NCBI GenBank assembly: GCA_051530055.1
Contig: CM121341.1
Location: 124,001-188,000 of the forward strand
Reading direction: 5' to 3'
DNA: 64,000 nucleotides
DNA from: Neoechinorhynchus agilis
Taxonomy: Eukaryota; Animalia; Acanthocephala
Shown: in pieces, positions 49,501 through 64,000 of the stretch
How the letters are laid out: each line of letters starts with the position of its first letter
How positions within the stretch are numbered: the stretch's first letter is position 1
Position numbers and translations under genes: made by a program
The notes under the pieces: model-generated
The model's database searches: none
What the model saw: only the letters and a program-made list of their open reading frames with translations
What the model was told of the DNA's origin: nothing

Positions 49501-52500
49501 GGCTTTTTAAATTTTTACACTTAGTTTAAGGATTGAAGTTCATAAAAGACACCTGAATTAAATCTGTAGTACTCGTAAGTTGTTAGGAAATGATAAAACA
49601 TTTTGAGCATACCAAATTCGCTGATTTCAATTGTGTTATCTAATTTTAATGAATCTTGCAAATTTAATGATCTTTGACTCTTGTGACTTTTGACCAAAAA
49701 TGATAATACGATTCCCGCTTCGAATATTGCAGTTGTAGTTTAGAACGTCAGTTGATGAGGTCCATCTTAACGCGCTGATTCCAAATCTGTATCCAGATTT
49801 GCGCTAGCTGTAATGGTTCGCGAGTTATGCGTTGTTCAATTTTGAGACACACTACCTTTATTATTGATATTAAAACGTCAATAAATTTAAGATATAATTA
49901 ACTTTTCTAGGTATCCTTTTGACGCTCTATTCACCAGCAATAACCGTTTAATGTGGCTTTTTAAATTTTTACACTTAGTTAAAGGATTGAAGTTCATAAA
50001 AGACACCTTAATTAAATCTGTAGTACTCGTAAGTTGTTAGGAAATGATAAAACATTTTGAGCATATCCAATTCGCTGATTTCAATTGTGTTATTTATTTT
50101 TATGAATCTTGCAAATTTAATGATCTTTGGCTCCTGTGACTTTTGACCAAATATGATAATGCGATTCCCGCTTCGAATATTTCAGTTGTAGTTTAGAAGG
50201 TCAGTTGATGAGGTCCACCTTAACGCGCTGATTCCAAATCTGTATCCAGATTTGCGCTAGCTGAAATGGCAAGAAAGTTATGCGTTGTTCAATTTTGAGA
50301 CATACTACCTTGATTATTGATATTAAAACGTCAATAAATTTAAGATAAAATTAACTTTTCTAGATCTAATTTTGACGCTGAATTCACCTGCAATCACTGT
50401 TTGATGTGGCTTTTTAAATTTTTACACTTAGTTTAAGGATTGAAGTTCATAAAAGACATCTGAATTAAATCTGTAGTACTCGGAAGTTGTTATGAAATGA
50501 TAAAACATTTTGAGCATATCCAATTCGCTGATTTCAATTGTGTTATTTAATTTTAATGAATCTTGCAAATTTAATGATCTTTGACTCTTGTGACTTTTGA
50601 CCAAATATGATAATACGATTCCCGCTTCGAATATATCAGTTGTAGTTTAGAAAGTCAGTAGATGAGGTCCATCTTAACGCGCTGATTCCAAATCTGTATC
50701 CAGATTTGCGCTAGCTGTAATGGCTCGTGAGTTATGCGTTGTTCAATTTTGAGACAAACTACCTTGATTATTGATATTAAAACGTCAATAAATTTAAGAT
50801 AAAATTAACTTTTCTAGATATAATTTTGACGCTCAATTCACCTGCAATCACTGTTTGATGTGGCTTTTTAAATTTTTACACTTAGTTTAAGGATTGAAGT
50901 TCATAAAAGACACCTGAATTAAATCTGTAGTACTCGTAAGTTGTTAGGAAATGATAAAACATTTTGAGCATATCCAATTCGCTGATTTCAATTGTGTTAT
51001 CTAATTTTAATGAATCTTGCAAATTTAATGATCTTTGACTCTTGTGACTTTTGACCAAATATGATAATGCGATTCCCGCTTCGAATATTGCAGTTGTAGT
51101 TTAGAAAGTCAAATAATCTGGTCTATCTTAACGCGCTGATTCCAAATCTGTATCCAGATTTGCGCTAGCTGTAATGATTCGTGAGTTATGCGTTGTTCAA
51201 TTTTGAGACAAACTACCTTGATTATTGATATTAAAACGTCAATAAATTTAAGATAAAATTAACTTTTCTAGATATCCTTTTGACGCTCAATTCACCTGCA
51301 ATTACTGTTTGGTGTGGCTTTTTAAATTTGTACACTTAGTTTAAGGATTGAAGTTAATAAAAGACACCTGAATTAAATCTGTAGTACTCGTAAGTTGTTA
51401 GGAAATGATAAAACATTTTGAGCATATCAAATTCGCTGATTTCAATTGTGTTATCTAATTTTAATGAATCTTGCAAATTTAATGATCTTTGACTCTTGTG
51501 ACTTTTGACCAAATATGATAATGCGATTCCCGCTTCGAATATTGCAGTTGTAGTTTAGAAAGTTATTTAGTCTGGACTATCTTAACGCGCTGATGCCAAA
51601 TCTGTATCCAGATTTGCAATAGCTGTAATGGTTCGTGAGTTATGCGTTGTTCAGTTTTGAGACAAACTACCTTGATTATTGATATTAAAAAGTCAATAAA
51701 TTCAAGATAAAATTAACTTTTCTAGATATCCTTTTGACGCTTAATTCACCTGCAATCACTGTTTGATGTGGCTTTTTAAATTTTTACACTTAGTTTAACT
51801 ATTGAAGTTCATAAAAGACACCTGAATTTAATCTGTAGTACTCGTAAGTTGTTAGGAAATGATAAAACATTTTGAGCATATCAAATTCGCTGATTTCAAT
51901 TGTGTTATCTAATTTTAATGAATCTTGCAAATTTAATGATCTTTGACTCTTGTGACTTTTGACCAAATATGATAATGCGATTCCCGCTTCGAATATTGCA
52001 CTTGTAGTTTAGAAAGTCAGTTATTCTGGTCTATCTTAATGCGCTGATTCCAAATCTGTATCCAGATTTGCGCTAGCTGTAATGATTCGTGAGTTATGCG
52101 TTGTTCAATTTTGAGACAAACTACCTTGATTATTGATATTAAAACGTCAATAAATTTAAGATAAAATTAACTTTTCTAGATATCCTTTTGACGCTCAATT
52201 CACCTGCAATTACTGTTTGGTGTGGCTTTTTAAATTTGTACACTTAGTTTAAGGATTGAAGTTCATAAAAGACACCTGAATTAAATCTGTAGTACTCGTA
52301 AGTTGTTAGGAAATGATAAAACATTTTGAGCATATCCAATTCGCTGATTTCAATTGTGTTATCTAATTTTAATGAATCTTGCAAATTTAATGATCTTTGA
52401 CTCTTGTGACTTTTGACCAAATATGATAATGCGATTCCCGCTTCGAATATTGCAGTTGTAGTTTAGAAAGTTATTTAGTACATCTTAACGCGCTGATTCC

Positions 52501-55500
52501 AAATCTGTATCCAGATTTGCGATAGCTGTAATGGTTCGTGAGTTATGCGTTGTTCAATTTTGAGACAAACTACCTTGATTATTGATATTAAAACGTCAAT
52601 AAATTTAAGATAAAATTAACTTTTCTAGATCTACTTTTGACGCTGAATTCACCTGCAATCACTGTTTGATGTGGCTTTTTAAATTTTTACACTTAGTTTA
52701 AGGATTGAAGTTCATAAAAGACACCTGAATTAAATCTGTAGTACTCGTAAGTTGTTAGGAAATGATAAAACATTTTGAGCATATCCAATGCGCTGATTTC
52801 AATTGTGTTATCTAATTTTAATGAATCTTGCAAATTTAGTGATCTTTGACTCTTGTGACTTTTGACCAAATATGATAATGCGATTCCCGCTTCGAATATT
52901 GCAGTTGTAGTTTAGAAAGTCAGTTAGTCTGGTCTATCTTAACGCGCTGATTCCAAATCTGTATCAAGATTTTCGCTAGCTGTAATGGTTCGTGAGTTAT
53001 GCGTTGTTCAATTTTGAGACAAACTACCTTGATTATTGATATTAAAACGTCAATAAATTTAAGATAAAATTAACTTTTCTAGATCTACTTTTGACGCTGA
53101 ATTCACCTGCAATCACTGTTTGATGTGGCTTTTTAAATTTGTACACTTAGTTTAAGGATTGAAGTTCATAAAAGACACCTGAATTAAATCTGTAGTACTC
53201 GTAAGTTGTTAGGAAATGATAAAACATTTTGAGCATATCCAATGCGCTGATTTCAATTGTGTTATCTAATTTTAATGAATCTTGCAAATTTAGTGATCTT
53301 TGACTCTTGTGACTTTTGACCAAATATGATAATGCGATTCCCGCTTCGAATATTGCAGTTGTAGTTTAGAAAGTCAGTTATTCTGGTCTATCTTAACGCG
53401 CTGATTCCAAATCTGTATCCAGATTTGCGCTAGCTGTAATGGTTCGTGAGTTATGCGTTGTTCAATTTTGAGACAAACTACCTTGATTATTGATATTAAA
53501 ACGTCAATAAATTTAAGATATAATTAACTTTTCTAGATCTACTTTTGACGCTGAATTCACCTGCAATATCTGTTTGATGTGGCTTTTTAAATTTGTACAC
53601 TTAGTTTAAGGATTGAAGTTCATAAAAGACACCTGAATTAAATCTGTAGTACTCGTAAGTTGTTAGTAAATGATAAAACATTTTGAGCATATCCAATGCG
53701 CTGATTTCAATTGTGTTATCTAATTTTAATGAATCTTGCAAATTTAATGATCTTTGACTCTTGTGACTTTTGACCAAATATGATAATGCGATTCCCGCTT
53801 CGAATATTGCAGTTGTAGTTTAGAAAGTCAGTTAGTCTGGTCTATCTTAACGCGCTGATTCCAAATCTGTATCAAGATTTTCGCTAGCTGTAATGGTTCG
53901 TGAGTTATGCGTTGTTCAATTTTGAGACAAACTACCTTGATTATTGATATTAAAACGTCAATAAATTTAAGATATAATTAACTTTTCTAGATATCCTTTT
54001 GACGCTCAATTCACCTGCAATCACTGTTTGATGTGGCTTTTTAAATTTTTACACTTAGTTTAAGGATTGAAGTTCATAAAAGACACCTGAATTAAATCTG
54101 TAGTACTCGTAAGTTGTTAGGAAATGATAAAACATTTTGAGCATATCAAATTCGCTGATTTCAATTGTGTTATCTAATTTTAATGAATCTTGCAAATTTA
54201 ATGATCTTTGACTCTTGTGACTTTTGACCAAATATGATAATGCGATTCCCGCTTCGAATATTGCAGTTGTAGTTTAGAAAGTCATAATGAGGTCCATCTT
54301 AACGCGCTGATTCCAAATCTGTATCCAGATTTGCGCTAGCTGTAATGGTTCGTGAGTTATGCGTTGTTCAATTTTGAGACAAACTACCTTGATTATTGAT
54401 ATTAAAACGTCAATAAATTTAAGATAAAATTAACTTTTCTAGATATCCTTTTGACGCTTAATTCACCTGCAATCACTGTTTGATGTGGCTTTTTAAATTT
54501 TTACACTTAGTTTAAGGATTGAAGTTCATAAAAGACACCTGAATTAAATCTGTAGTACTCGTAAGTTGTTAGGAAATGATAAAACATTTTGAGCATATCA
54601 AATTCGCTGATTTCAATTGTGTTATCTAATTTTAATGAATCTTGCAAATTTAATGATCTTTGACTCTTGTGACTTTTGACCAAATATGATAATGCGATTC
54701 CCGCTTCGAATATTGCACTTGTAGTTTAGAAAGTCAGTTAGTCTGGTATATCTTAACGCGCTGATTGCAAATCTGTATCCAGATTTGCGCTGGCTGTAAT
54801 GGTTCGTGAGTTATGCGTTGTTCAATTTTGAGACAAACTACCTTGAATATTGATATTAAAACGTCAATAAATTTAAGATATAATTAACTTTTCTAGATCT
54901 TCTTTTGACGCTGAATTCACCTGCAATTACTGTTTGATGTTCCTTTAAAAATTTGTACACTTAGTTTTAGGATTGAAGTTCATAAAAGACACCTGAATTA
55001 AATCTGTAGTACTCGGAAGTTGTTATGAAATGATAAAACATTTTGAGCATATCCAATCCGCTGATTTCAATTGTGTTATTTAATTTTAATGAATCTTGCA
55101 AATTTAATGATCTTTGACTCTTGTGACTTTTTACCAAATATGATAATGCGATTCCCGCTTCGAATATTGCAGTTGTAGTGTAGGAAGTTAGTTGATGTGG
55201 TCCATCTTAACGCGCTGATTCCAAATCTGTATCCAGATTTGCAATAGCTGCAATGGTTCGTGAGTTATGCGTTGTTCAATTTTGAGACAAACTACCTTGA
55301 TTATTGATATTAAAACGTCAATAAATTTAAGATATAATTAACTTTTCTAGATATCCTTTTGACGCTCAATTCACCTGAAATCACTGTTTTATGTGGCTTT
55401 TTAAATTTTTACACTTAGTTTAAGGATTGAAGTTCATAAAAGACACCTGAATTAAATCTGTAGTACTCGTAAGTTGTTAGGAAATGATAAAACATTGTGA

Positions 55501-58500
55501 GCACATCCAATGCGCTGATTTCAGTTGTGTTATCCAATTTTAATGAATCTTGCAAATTTAGTGATCTTTGACTCTTGTGACTTTTGACACAATATGATAA
55601 TGCGATTCCCGCTTCGAATATTGCAGTTGTAGTTTAGAAAGTCAGTTGATGAGGTCCATCTTAACGCGCTGATTCCAAATCTGTATCCAGATTTGCGCTA
55701 GCTGTAATGGCTCGTGAGTTATGCGTTGTTCAATTTTGAGACAAACTACCTTCATTATTGATATTAAAACGTCAATAAATTTAAGATAAAATTAACTTTT
55801 CTAGATATCCTTTTGACGCTTAATTCACCTGCAATCACTGTTTGATGTGGCTTTTTAAATTTTTACATTCAGTTTAAGTATTGAAGTTCATAAAAGACAC
55901 CTGAATTATATCTGTAGTACTCGTAAGTTGTTAGGAAATGATAAAATATTTTTAGCATATCAAATTCGCTGATTTCAATTGTGTTATCTAATTTTAATGA
56001 ATTTTGCAAATTTAATGATCTTTGTCTTTTGTGACTTTTGACCAAATATGATAATGCGATTCCCGCTTCGAATATTTCACTTGTAGTTTAGAGAGTCAGC
56101 TAGTCTGGTCTATCTTAATGCGCTGATTCCAAATCTGTATCAAGATTTGCGCTAGCTGTAAAAATTCGTGAGTTATGCGTTGTTCAATTTTGAGACAAAC
56201 TACCTTGATTATTGATATTAAAACTTCAATAAATTTAAGATATAATTAACTTTTCTAGATATCCTTTTGACGCTTAATTCACCTGCAATCACTGTTTGAT
56301 GTGGCTTTTTAAATTTTTACACTTAGTTTAAGGATTTAAGTTTATAAAAGACACCTGAATTAAATCTGTAGTACTCGTAAGTAGTTAGGAAATTATAAAA
56401 CATTTTGAGCATATCAAATTCGCTGATTTCAATTGTGTTATCCAATTTTAATGAATCTTGCAAATTTAATGATCTTAGACTCTTGTGACTTTTGACCAAA
56501 TATGATAATGCGATTCCCGCTTCGAATATTTCATTTGTAGTTTAGATAGTAACTTAGTCTGGTCTATCTTAACGCGCTGATTCCAAATCTGTATCCAGAT
56601 TTACGCTAGCTCTAATAATTCGTGAGTTATGCGTTGTTCAATTTTTAGACAAACTACCTTGATTATTGATATTAAAACGTCAATAAATTTCAGATATAAT
56701 TAACTTTTCTAGATCTATTTTTGACGCTCAATTCACCTGCCATCTCTGTTTTATGTGGCTTTTTTAATTTTTACACTTAGTTAAAGGATTGAAGTTCATA
56801 AAAGACACCTGAATTAAATCTGTAGAACTCGTAAGTTGTTAGGAAATGATAAAACATTTTGAGCATATGCAATGCGCTGATTTCAATTGTGTTATCCAAT
56901 TTTAATGAGTCTTGCAAATTTAATGATCTTAGACTCTTGTGACTTTTGACCAAATATGATAATGCGATTCCCGCTTCGAATATTGCACTTGTAGTTTAGA
57001 AAGTCAGTTAGTCTGGTCTATCTTTACGCGCTGATTGCGAATCTTTATCCAGATTTGCGCTGGCTGTAATGGTTCGTGAGTTATGCGTTGTTCAATTTTG
57101 AGACAAACTACCTTTATTATTGATATTAAAACGTCAATAAATTTAAGATATAATTAACTTTTCTAGATCTTCTTTTGACGCTGAATTCACCTGCAATTAC
57201 TGTTTGGTGTGGCTTTATAAATTTGTACACTTAGTTTAAGGATTGAAGTTCATAAAAGACACCTGAATAAAATCTGTAGTACTCGTTAGTTGTTAGGAAA
57301 TGATGAAACATTTAGAGCATATCCAATGCGCTGATTTAAATTGTGTTATCCAATTTTAATGAATCTTGCAAATTTAATGATCTTAGGCTCTTGTGACTTT
57401 TGACCAAATATGATAATGCGATTCCCGCTTCGAATATTCCAGTTGTAGTTTAGATAGCAACTTAGTCTGGTCAATCTTAACGCGCTGATTCCAAACCTGT
57501 ATCCAGATTTTCAATAGCTGTAATAATTCGTAAGTTATGCGTTGTTCAATTTTGAGACAAACTACCTTGATTATTGATATTAAAACGTCAATAAATTTAA
57601 GATATAATTAACTTTTCTATATATCCTTTTGACGCTCAATTCACCTGCAATCACTGTTTGATGTTGCTTTTTAAATTTGTACACTTAGTTTACGGATTGA
57701 AGTTCATAAAAGACACCTGAATTAAATCTGTTGTACTCGGAAGTTGTTATAAAATGATCAAACATTTTGAGCATATCAAATCCGCTGATTTCAATTGTGT
57801 TATTTAATTTTAATGAATCTTGCAAATTTAATGATCTTTGACTCTTGTGACTTTTTACCAAGTATGATAATACGATTCCCGCTTCGAATATTGCAGTTGT
57901 AGTTTAGATAGTCACTTGATGAGGTCCATCTTAACGCGCTGATTCCAAATCTGTATCCAGATTTGCAATAGCTGTAATGGTTCGTGAGTTATGCGTTGTT
58001 CAATTTTGAGACAAACTACCTTGATTATTGATATTAAAACGTCAATAAATTTAAGATATAATTAACTTTTCTAGATCTTCTTTTGACGCTGAATTCACCT
58101 GCAATTACTGTTTGATGTGGCTTTTCAAATTTTTACACTTAGTTTAAGGATTGAAGTTCATAAAAGAAACCTGAATTAAATCTGTAGTACTCGGAAGTTG
58201 TTAGGAAATGATAAAACATTTAGAGCATATCAAATTCGCTGATTTCAACTGTGTTATCTAATTTTAATGAATCTTGCAAATTTAATGATCTTTGACTCTT
58301 GTGACTTTTGACCAAATATGATAATACGATTCCCGCTTCGAATATTGCAGTTGTAGTTTAGATGGTCACTTGATGAGGTCCATCTTAACGCGCTGATTCC
58401 AAATCTGTATCAAGATTTGCGCTAGCTGTAATGGCTCGTGAGTTATGCGTTGTTCAATTTTGAGACAAGCTACCTTGATTATTGATATTAAAACGTCAAT

Positions 58501-61500
58501 AAATTTAAGATATAATCAACTTTTCTAGATCTACTTTTGACGCTGAATTCACCTGCGATCACTGTTTGATGTGGCTTTTTTAATTTTTACACTTAGTTTA
58601 AGGATTGAAGTTCATAAAAGAAACCTGAATTAAATCTGTAGTACTCGGAAGTTGTTATGAAATGATAAAACATTTTGAGCATATCCAATCCGCTGATTTA
58701 AATTGTGTCATTTAATTTTAATGAATCGTGCAAATTTAATGATCTTTGACTCTTGTGACTTTTTACCAAATATGATAATGCGATTCCCGCTTCGAATATT
58801 GCAGTTATAGTGTAGGAAGTCATTTAGTCTGGTATATCTTAACGCGCTGATTCCAAATCTGTATCAAGATTTACGCTAGCTGGAATAATTCGTGAGTTAT
58901 GCGTTGTTCAATTTTGAGACAAACTACCTTGATTATTGATATAAAAACGTCAATAAATTTAAGATATAATTAACTTTTCTAGATCTTCTTTTGACGCTGA
59001 ATTCACCTGCAATCACTGTTTGATGTTTCTTTTCAAATTTTTACACTTAGTTTAAGGATTGAAGTTCATAAAAGACACCTTAATTAAATCTGCAGTACTC
59101 GTAAGTTGTTGGGAAATGATAAAACATTTTGAGCATATCAAATTCGCTGATTTCAACTGTGTTATCTAATTTTAATGAATCTCGCAAATTTAATGATCTT
59201 TGACTCTTGTGACTTTTGACCAAATATGATAATGCGATTCCCGCTTCGAATATTGCAGTTGTTGTTTAGAAAGTCAGTTGATGAGGTCCACCTTAACGCG
59301 CTGATTCCAAATCTGTATCCAGATTTACGCTAGCTCTAATAATTCGTGAGTAATGCGTTGTTCAATTTTGAGACAAACTACCTTGATTATTGATATTAAA
59401 ACGTCAATAAATTTAAGATATAATTAACTTTTCTAGATCTACTTTTGACGCTAAATTCACCTGCAATCACTGTTTTATGTGGCTTTTTTAATTTTTACAC
59501 TTAGTTTAAGGATTGAAGTTCATAAAAGACACCTGAATTAAATCTGTAGAACTCGTAAGTTGTTAGGAAATGATAAAGCATTGTGAGCATATCCAATGCG
59601 CTGATTTCAGTTGTGTTATCCAATTTTAATGAATCTTGCAAATTTAGTGATCTTTGACTCTTGTGACTTTTTTCCAAATATGATAATGCGATTCCCGCTT
59701 CGAATATTGCAGTTGTAGTTTAGAAGGTCAGTTATTCTGGTCTATCTTAATGCGCTGATTCCAAATCTGTATCAAGATTTTCGCTAGCTGTAATGGTTCG
59801 TGAGTTATGCGTTGTTCAATTTTGAGACAAACTACCTTGATTATTGATATTAAAACGTCAATAAATTTGAGATAAAATCAACTTTTCTTGATCTACTTTT
59901 GACGCTGAATTCACCTGCAATCACAGTTTGATGTGGCTTTTTGAATTTGTACACTTAGTTTAAGGATTGAAGTTCATAAAAGACACCTGAATTAAATCTG
60001 TAATACTCGTAAGTTGTTAGGAAATGATAAAACATTTTGAGCACATCCAATGCGCTGATTTCAATTGTGTTATCTAATTTTAATGAATCTTGCAAATTTA
60101 GTGATCTTTGACTCTTGTGACTTTTGACCAAATATGATAATACGATTCCCGCTTCGAATATTGCAGTTGTAGTTTAGAAAGTCAGTTATTCTGGTCTATC
60201 TTAATGCGCTGATTCCAAATCTGTATCAAGATTTTCGCTAGCTTAAATGGTTCGTGAGTTATGCGTTGTTCAATTTTGAGACAAACTACATTGATTATTG
60301 ATATTAAAACGTCAATAAATTTGAGATATAATCAACCTTTCTTTATCTACTTTTGACGCTGAATTCACCTGCAATCACTGTTTGATGTGGCTTTTTGAAT
60401 TTGTACACTTAGTTTAAGGATTGAAGTTCATAAAAGACACCTTAATTAAATGTGAAATACTCGTAAGTTGTTAGGAAATGATAAAACATTTTGAGCATAT
60501 CCAATGCGCTGATTTCAATTGTGTTATCTAATTTTAATGAATCTTGCAAATTTAGTGATCTTTGACTCTTGTGACTTTTGACCAAATATGATAATACGAT
60601 TCCCGCTTCAAATGTTGCAGTTGTAGTTTAGTAGGTCAGTTATTCTGGTCTATCTTAATGCGCTGATTCCAAATCTGTATCAAGATTTTCGCTAGCTGTA
60701 ATGGTTCGTGAGTTATGCGTTGTTCAATTTTGAGACAAACTACCTTGATTATTGATATTAAAACGTCAATAAATTTGAGATAAAATCAACTTTTCTTGAT
60801 CTACTTTTGACGCTGAATTCACCTGCAATCACAGTTTGATGTGGCTTTTTGAATTTGTACACTTAGTTTTAGGATTGAAGTTCATAAAAGACACCTGAAT
60901 TAAATCTGTAATACTCGTAAGTTGTTTGGAAATGATAAAACATTTTGAGCATATCCAATGCGCTGATTTCAATTGTGTTATCTAATTTAAATGAATCTTG
61001 CAAATTTAGTGATCTTTGACTCTTGTGACTTTTGACCAAATATGATAATACGATTCCCGCTTCGAATATTGCAGTTGTAGTTTAGAAAGTCAGTTATTCT
61101 GGTTTATCTTAATGCGCTGATTCCAAATCTATATCCAGATTTGCGCTAGCTGTAATGGTTCGTGAGTTATGCGTTGTTAACTTTTGAGACAAACTACCTT
61201 GATTATTGATATTTAAACGTAATTAAATTTGAGATATAATCAACTTTTCTTGATCTACTTTTGACGCTGAATTCACCAGCAATATCTGTTTTATTTGGCT
61301 TTTTAAATTTGTACACTTAGTTTAAGGATTGAAGTTCATAAAAGACACCTGAATTAAATCTGTAATACTCGTAAGTTGTTAGTAAATGATAAAACATTTT
61401 GAGCATATCCAATGCGCTGATTTCAATTGTGTTATCTAATTTTAATGAATCTTGAAAATCTAGTGATCTTTGACTCTTGTGACTTTTGACCAAATATGAT

Positions 61501-64000
61501 AATGCGATTCCCGCTTCAAATATTGCAGTTGTAGTTTAGAAAGTCAGTTGATGTGGTCCATCTAAACGCGCTGATTCCAAATCTGTATCAAGATTTTCGC
61601 TAGCTGTAATGGTTCGTGAGTTATTCGTTGTTCAATTTTGAGACAAACTACCTTGATTATTTATAATAAAACGTCAATAAATTTAAGACCAAATTATCTT
61701 TTCTAGATATCCTTTTGACGCTCAATTCACCTGCAATCACTGTTAGATGCGGCTTTTAAAATTTTTACACTTAGTTTAATTATTGAAGTTCATAAAAGAC
61801 ACCTGAATTGAATCTGTTGTACTCGTAAGTAGTTATGAAATGATAAAACATTTTGAGCATATCCAATGCGCTGATTTCAATTGTGTTATCTAATTTTAAT
61901 GAATCTTGCAAATTTAGTTATCTTTGACTCTTGTGACTTTTGACCAAATATGATAATAGGATTCCCGCTTCGAATATTGCAGTTGTTGTTTAGATAGTCA
62001 CTTAATCTGGTCTACCTTAACGCGCTGATTCCAAATCTGTATCAAGATTTGCAATAGCTGTAATGGTTCATGAGTTATGCGTTGTTCAATTTTGAGACAA
62101 ACTACATTGATTATTGATATTAAAACGTCAATAAATTTAAGATATAATTAACTTTTCTACATCTTCTTTTGACGCTGAATTCACCTGCAATCACTGTTTG
62201 ATGTGGCTTTTTAAATTTTTACACTTAGTTTAAGGATTGAAGTTCATAAAAGACACCTGAATTAAATCTGTAGTACTCGTAAGTTGTTAGGAAATGATAA
62301 AACATTTTAAGCATATCCAATCCGCTGATTTCAATTGTGTTATTTAATTTTAATGAATCTTGCAAATTTTATGATCTTTGACTCTTGTGACTTTTGACCA
62401 AATATGATATAACGATTCCCGCTTCGAATATGGCAGTTGTAGTTTAGAAGGTCAGTTGATGTGGTGTATCTTAACGCGCTGATTCCAAATCTGTATCCAG
62501 ATTTGCGCTAGCTGTAATGGTTCGTTAGTTATGCGTTGTTCAATTTTGAGACAAACTACCTTGATTATTGATATTAAAACGTCAATAAATTTAAGATATA
62601 ATTAACTTTTCTAGATCTACTTTTGACGCTGAATTCGCCTGCAATCACTGTTTGATGTGGCTTTTTAAATTTGTACAATTAGTTTAAGGATTGAAGTTAA
62701 TAAAAGACACCTGAATTAAATCTGTAGTACTCGGAAGTTGTTATGAAATGATGAAACATTTTGAGCATATCCAATGCGCTGATTTCAATTGTGTTATCTA
62801 ATTTTAATGAATCTTGCAAATTTTGTGATCTTTGACTCTTGTGACTTTTGACCAAATATGATAATGCGATTCCCGCATCGAATATTGCAGTTTTATTTTA
62901 GAAAGCCAGTTGATGTTGTCATTCTTAACGCGCTTATTCCAAATCTGTATCAAGATTTTCGCTAGCTGTAATGGTTCGTGAGTTATGCGTTGTTCAATTT
63001 TGAGACAAACTACCCTGATTATTGATATTAAAACGTCAATAAATTTGAGATATAATCAACTTTTCTTTATCTACTTTTGACGCTGAATTCACCTGCAATC
63101 ACTGTTTGATGTGGCTTTTTGAATTTGTACACTTAGTTTAAGGATTGAAGTTCATAAAAGACACCTGAATTAAATCTGTAATACTCGTAAGTTGTTAGGA
63201 AATGATAAAACATTTTGAGCATATCAAATTCGCTGATTTCAATTGTGTTATCTAATTTTAATGAATCTTGCAAATTTAGTGATCTTTGACTCTTGTGACT
63301 TTTGACCAAATATGATAATGCGATTCCCGCTTCGAATATTGCAGTTATAGTGTAGGAAGTCATTTGGTCTGGTCTATCTTAACGCGCTGATTCCAAATCT
63401 GTATCAAGATTTACGCTAGCTGTAATAATTCGTGAGTTATGCGTTGTTCAATTTTGAGACAAACTACCTTGATTATTGATATTAAAACGTCAATAAATTT
63501 AAGATATAATTAACTTTTCTAGATCTACTTTTGACGCTGAATTCACCTGCAATCACTGTTTGATGTTGCTTTTCAAATTTTTACACTTAGTTTAAGGATT
63601 GAAGTTCATAAAAGACACCTTAATTAAATCTGCAGTACTCGTAAGTTGTTAGGAAATGATAAAACATTTTGAGCATATCAAATTCGCTGATTTCAATTGT
63701 GTTATCTAATTTTAATGAATCTTGCAAATTTAATGATCTTTGACTCTTGTGACTTTTGACCAAATATGATAATGCGATTCCCGCTTCGAATATTGCAGTT
63801 GTAGTTTAGAAAGTCAGTTGATGTGGTCCACCTTAACGCGCTGATTCCAAATCTGTATCAAGATTTGCGCTAGCTGTAATAATTCGTGAGTTATGCGTTG
63901 TTCAATTTTGAGACAAACTACCTTGATTATTGATATTAAAACGTCAATAAATTTAAGATATAATTAACTTTTCTAGATATCCTTTTGACGCTTAATTCAC
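25586..64000. repeat. Satellite subfamily B domain (~85 monomers)
   Basis: Diagnostic strings: GAGACAAAC, AACGTCAATA, CTCGTAAG, GACTTTTGACCAAA, GTTTAGAAAGTCAG, CTGTATCCAG, CTGTAATGG. Confidence 0.93.

Larger units (their letters stand above)
9394..64000. repeat. Tandem satellite DNA array, ~454-bp AT-rich monomer, ~120 copies, head-to-tail, continuing past the window end
   Basis: The marker GAGAC(A/C)AACTACCTTG recurs at 10259, 10713, 11167, 11621 and at 52562, 53016, 53470 (454-bp steps). Most monomers carry TCTAGA (XbaI). I saw no inversion or foreign insertion. Confidence 0.98.

Noticed and set aside
11879-63363. Short ORFs in the satellite (11879, 15846, 24914, 44112, 63133)
   Set aside because: They appear only where point changes remove stops in individual monomers, have no domain features, and are not maintained across copies.
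9394-64000. CRISPR-like interpretation of the array
   Set aside because: Whole 454-bp units are repeated with no unique spacers, there are no cas genes, and the context is eukaryotic.

Overview
Eukaryotic (probably invertebrate animal) genomic window with two parts. (1) Bases 1-~9390 are a same-strand mosaic of 28S rRNA fragments and R2-group (RT plus restriction-like endonuclease) non-LTR retrotransposon sequence. The centrepiece is a ~4.95-kb element (2047-6996) whose 3' end abuts the canonical R2 target sequence (TAGCCAAATGCC), while ~117 nt of 28S are missing at its 5' end. Its architecture is not that of a canonical R2: four N-terminal zinc fingers (a duplicated CCHH+CCHC pair), no recognisable Myb domain, and an OTU-fold-like domain lacking catalytic residues upstream of the RT. 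Scrambled fragments of related, diverged lineages flank it and retain the same pseudo-OTU region. (2) Bases ~9394-64000 are one uninterrupted, single-orientation AT-rich satellite array of ~120 monomers of ~454 bp. The monomer appears to be a decayed trimer of ~151-bp subunits. The array has two subfamilies with a sharp in-register switch at ~25585, plus several local higher-order periodicities. All alignments and counts were done by eye, with no database searches.
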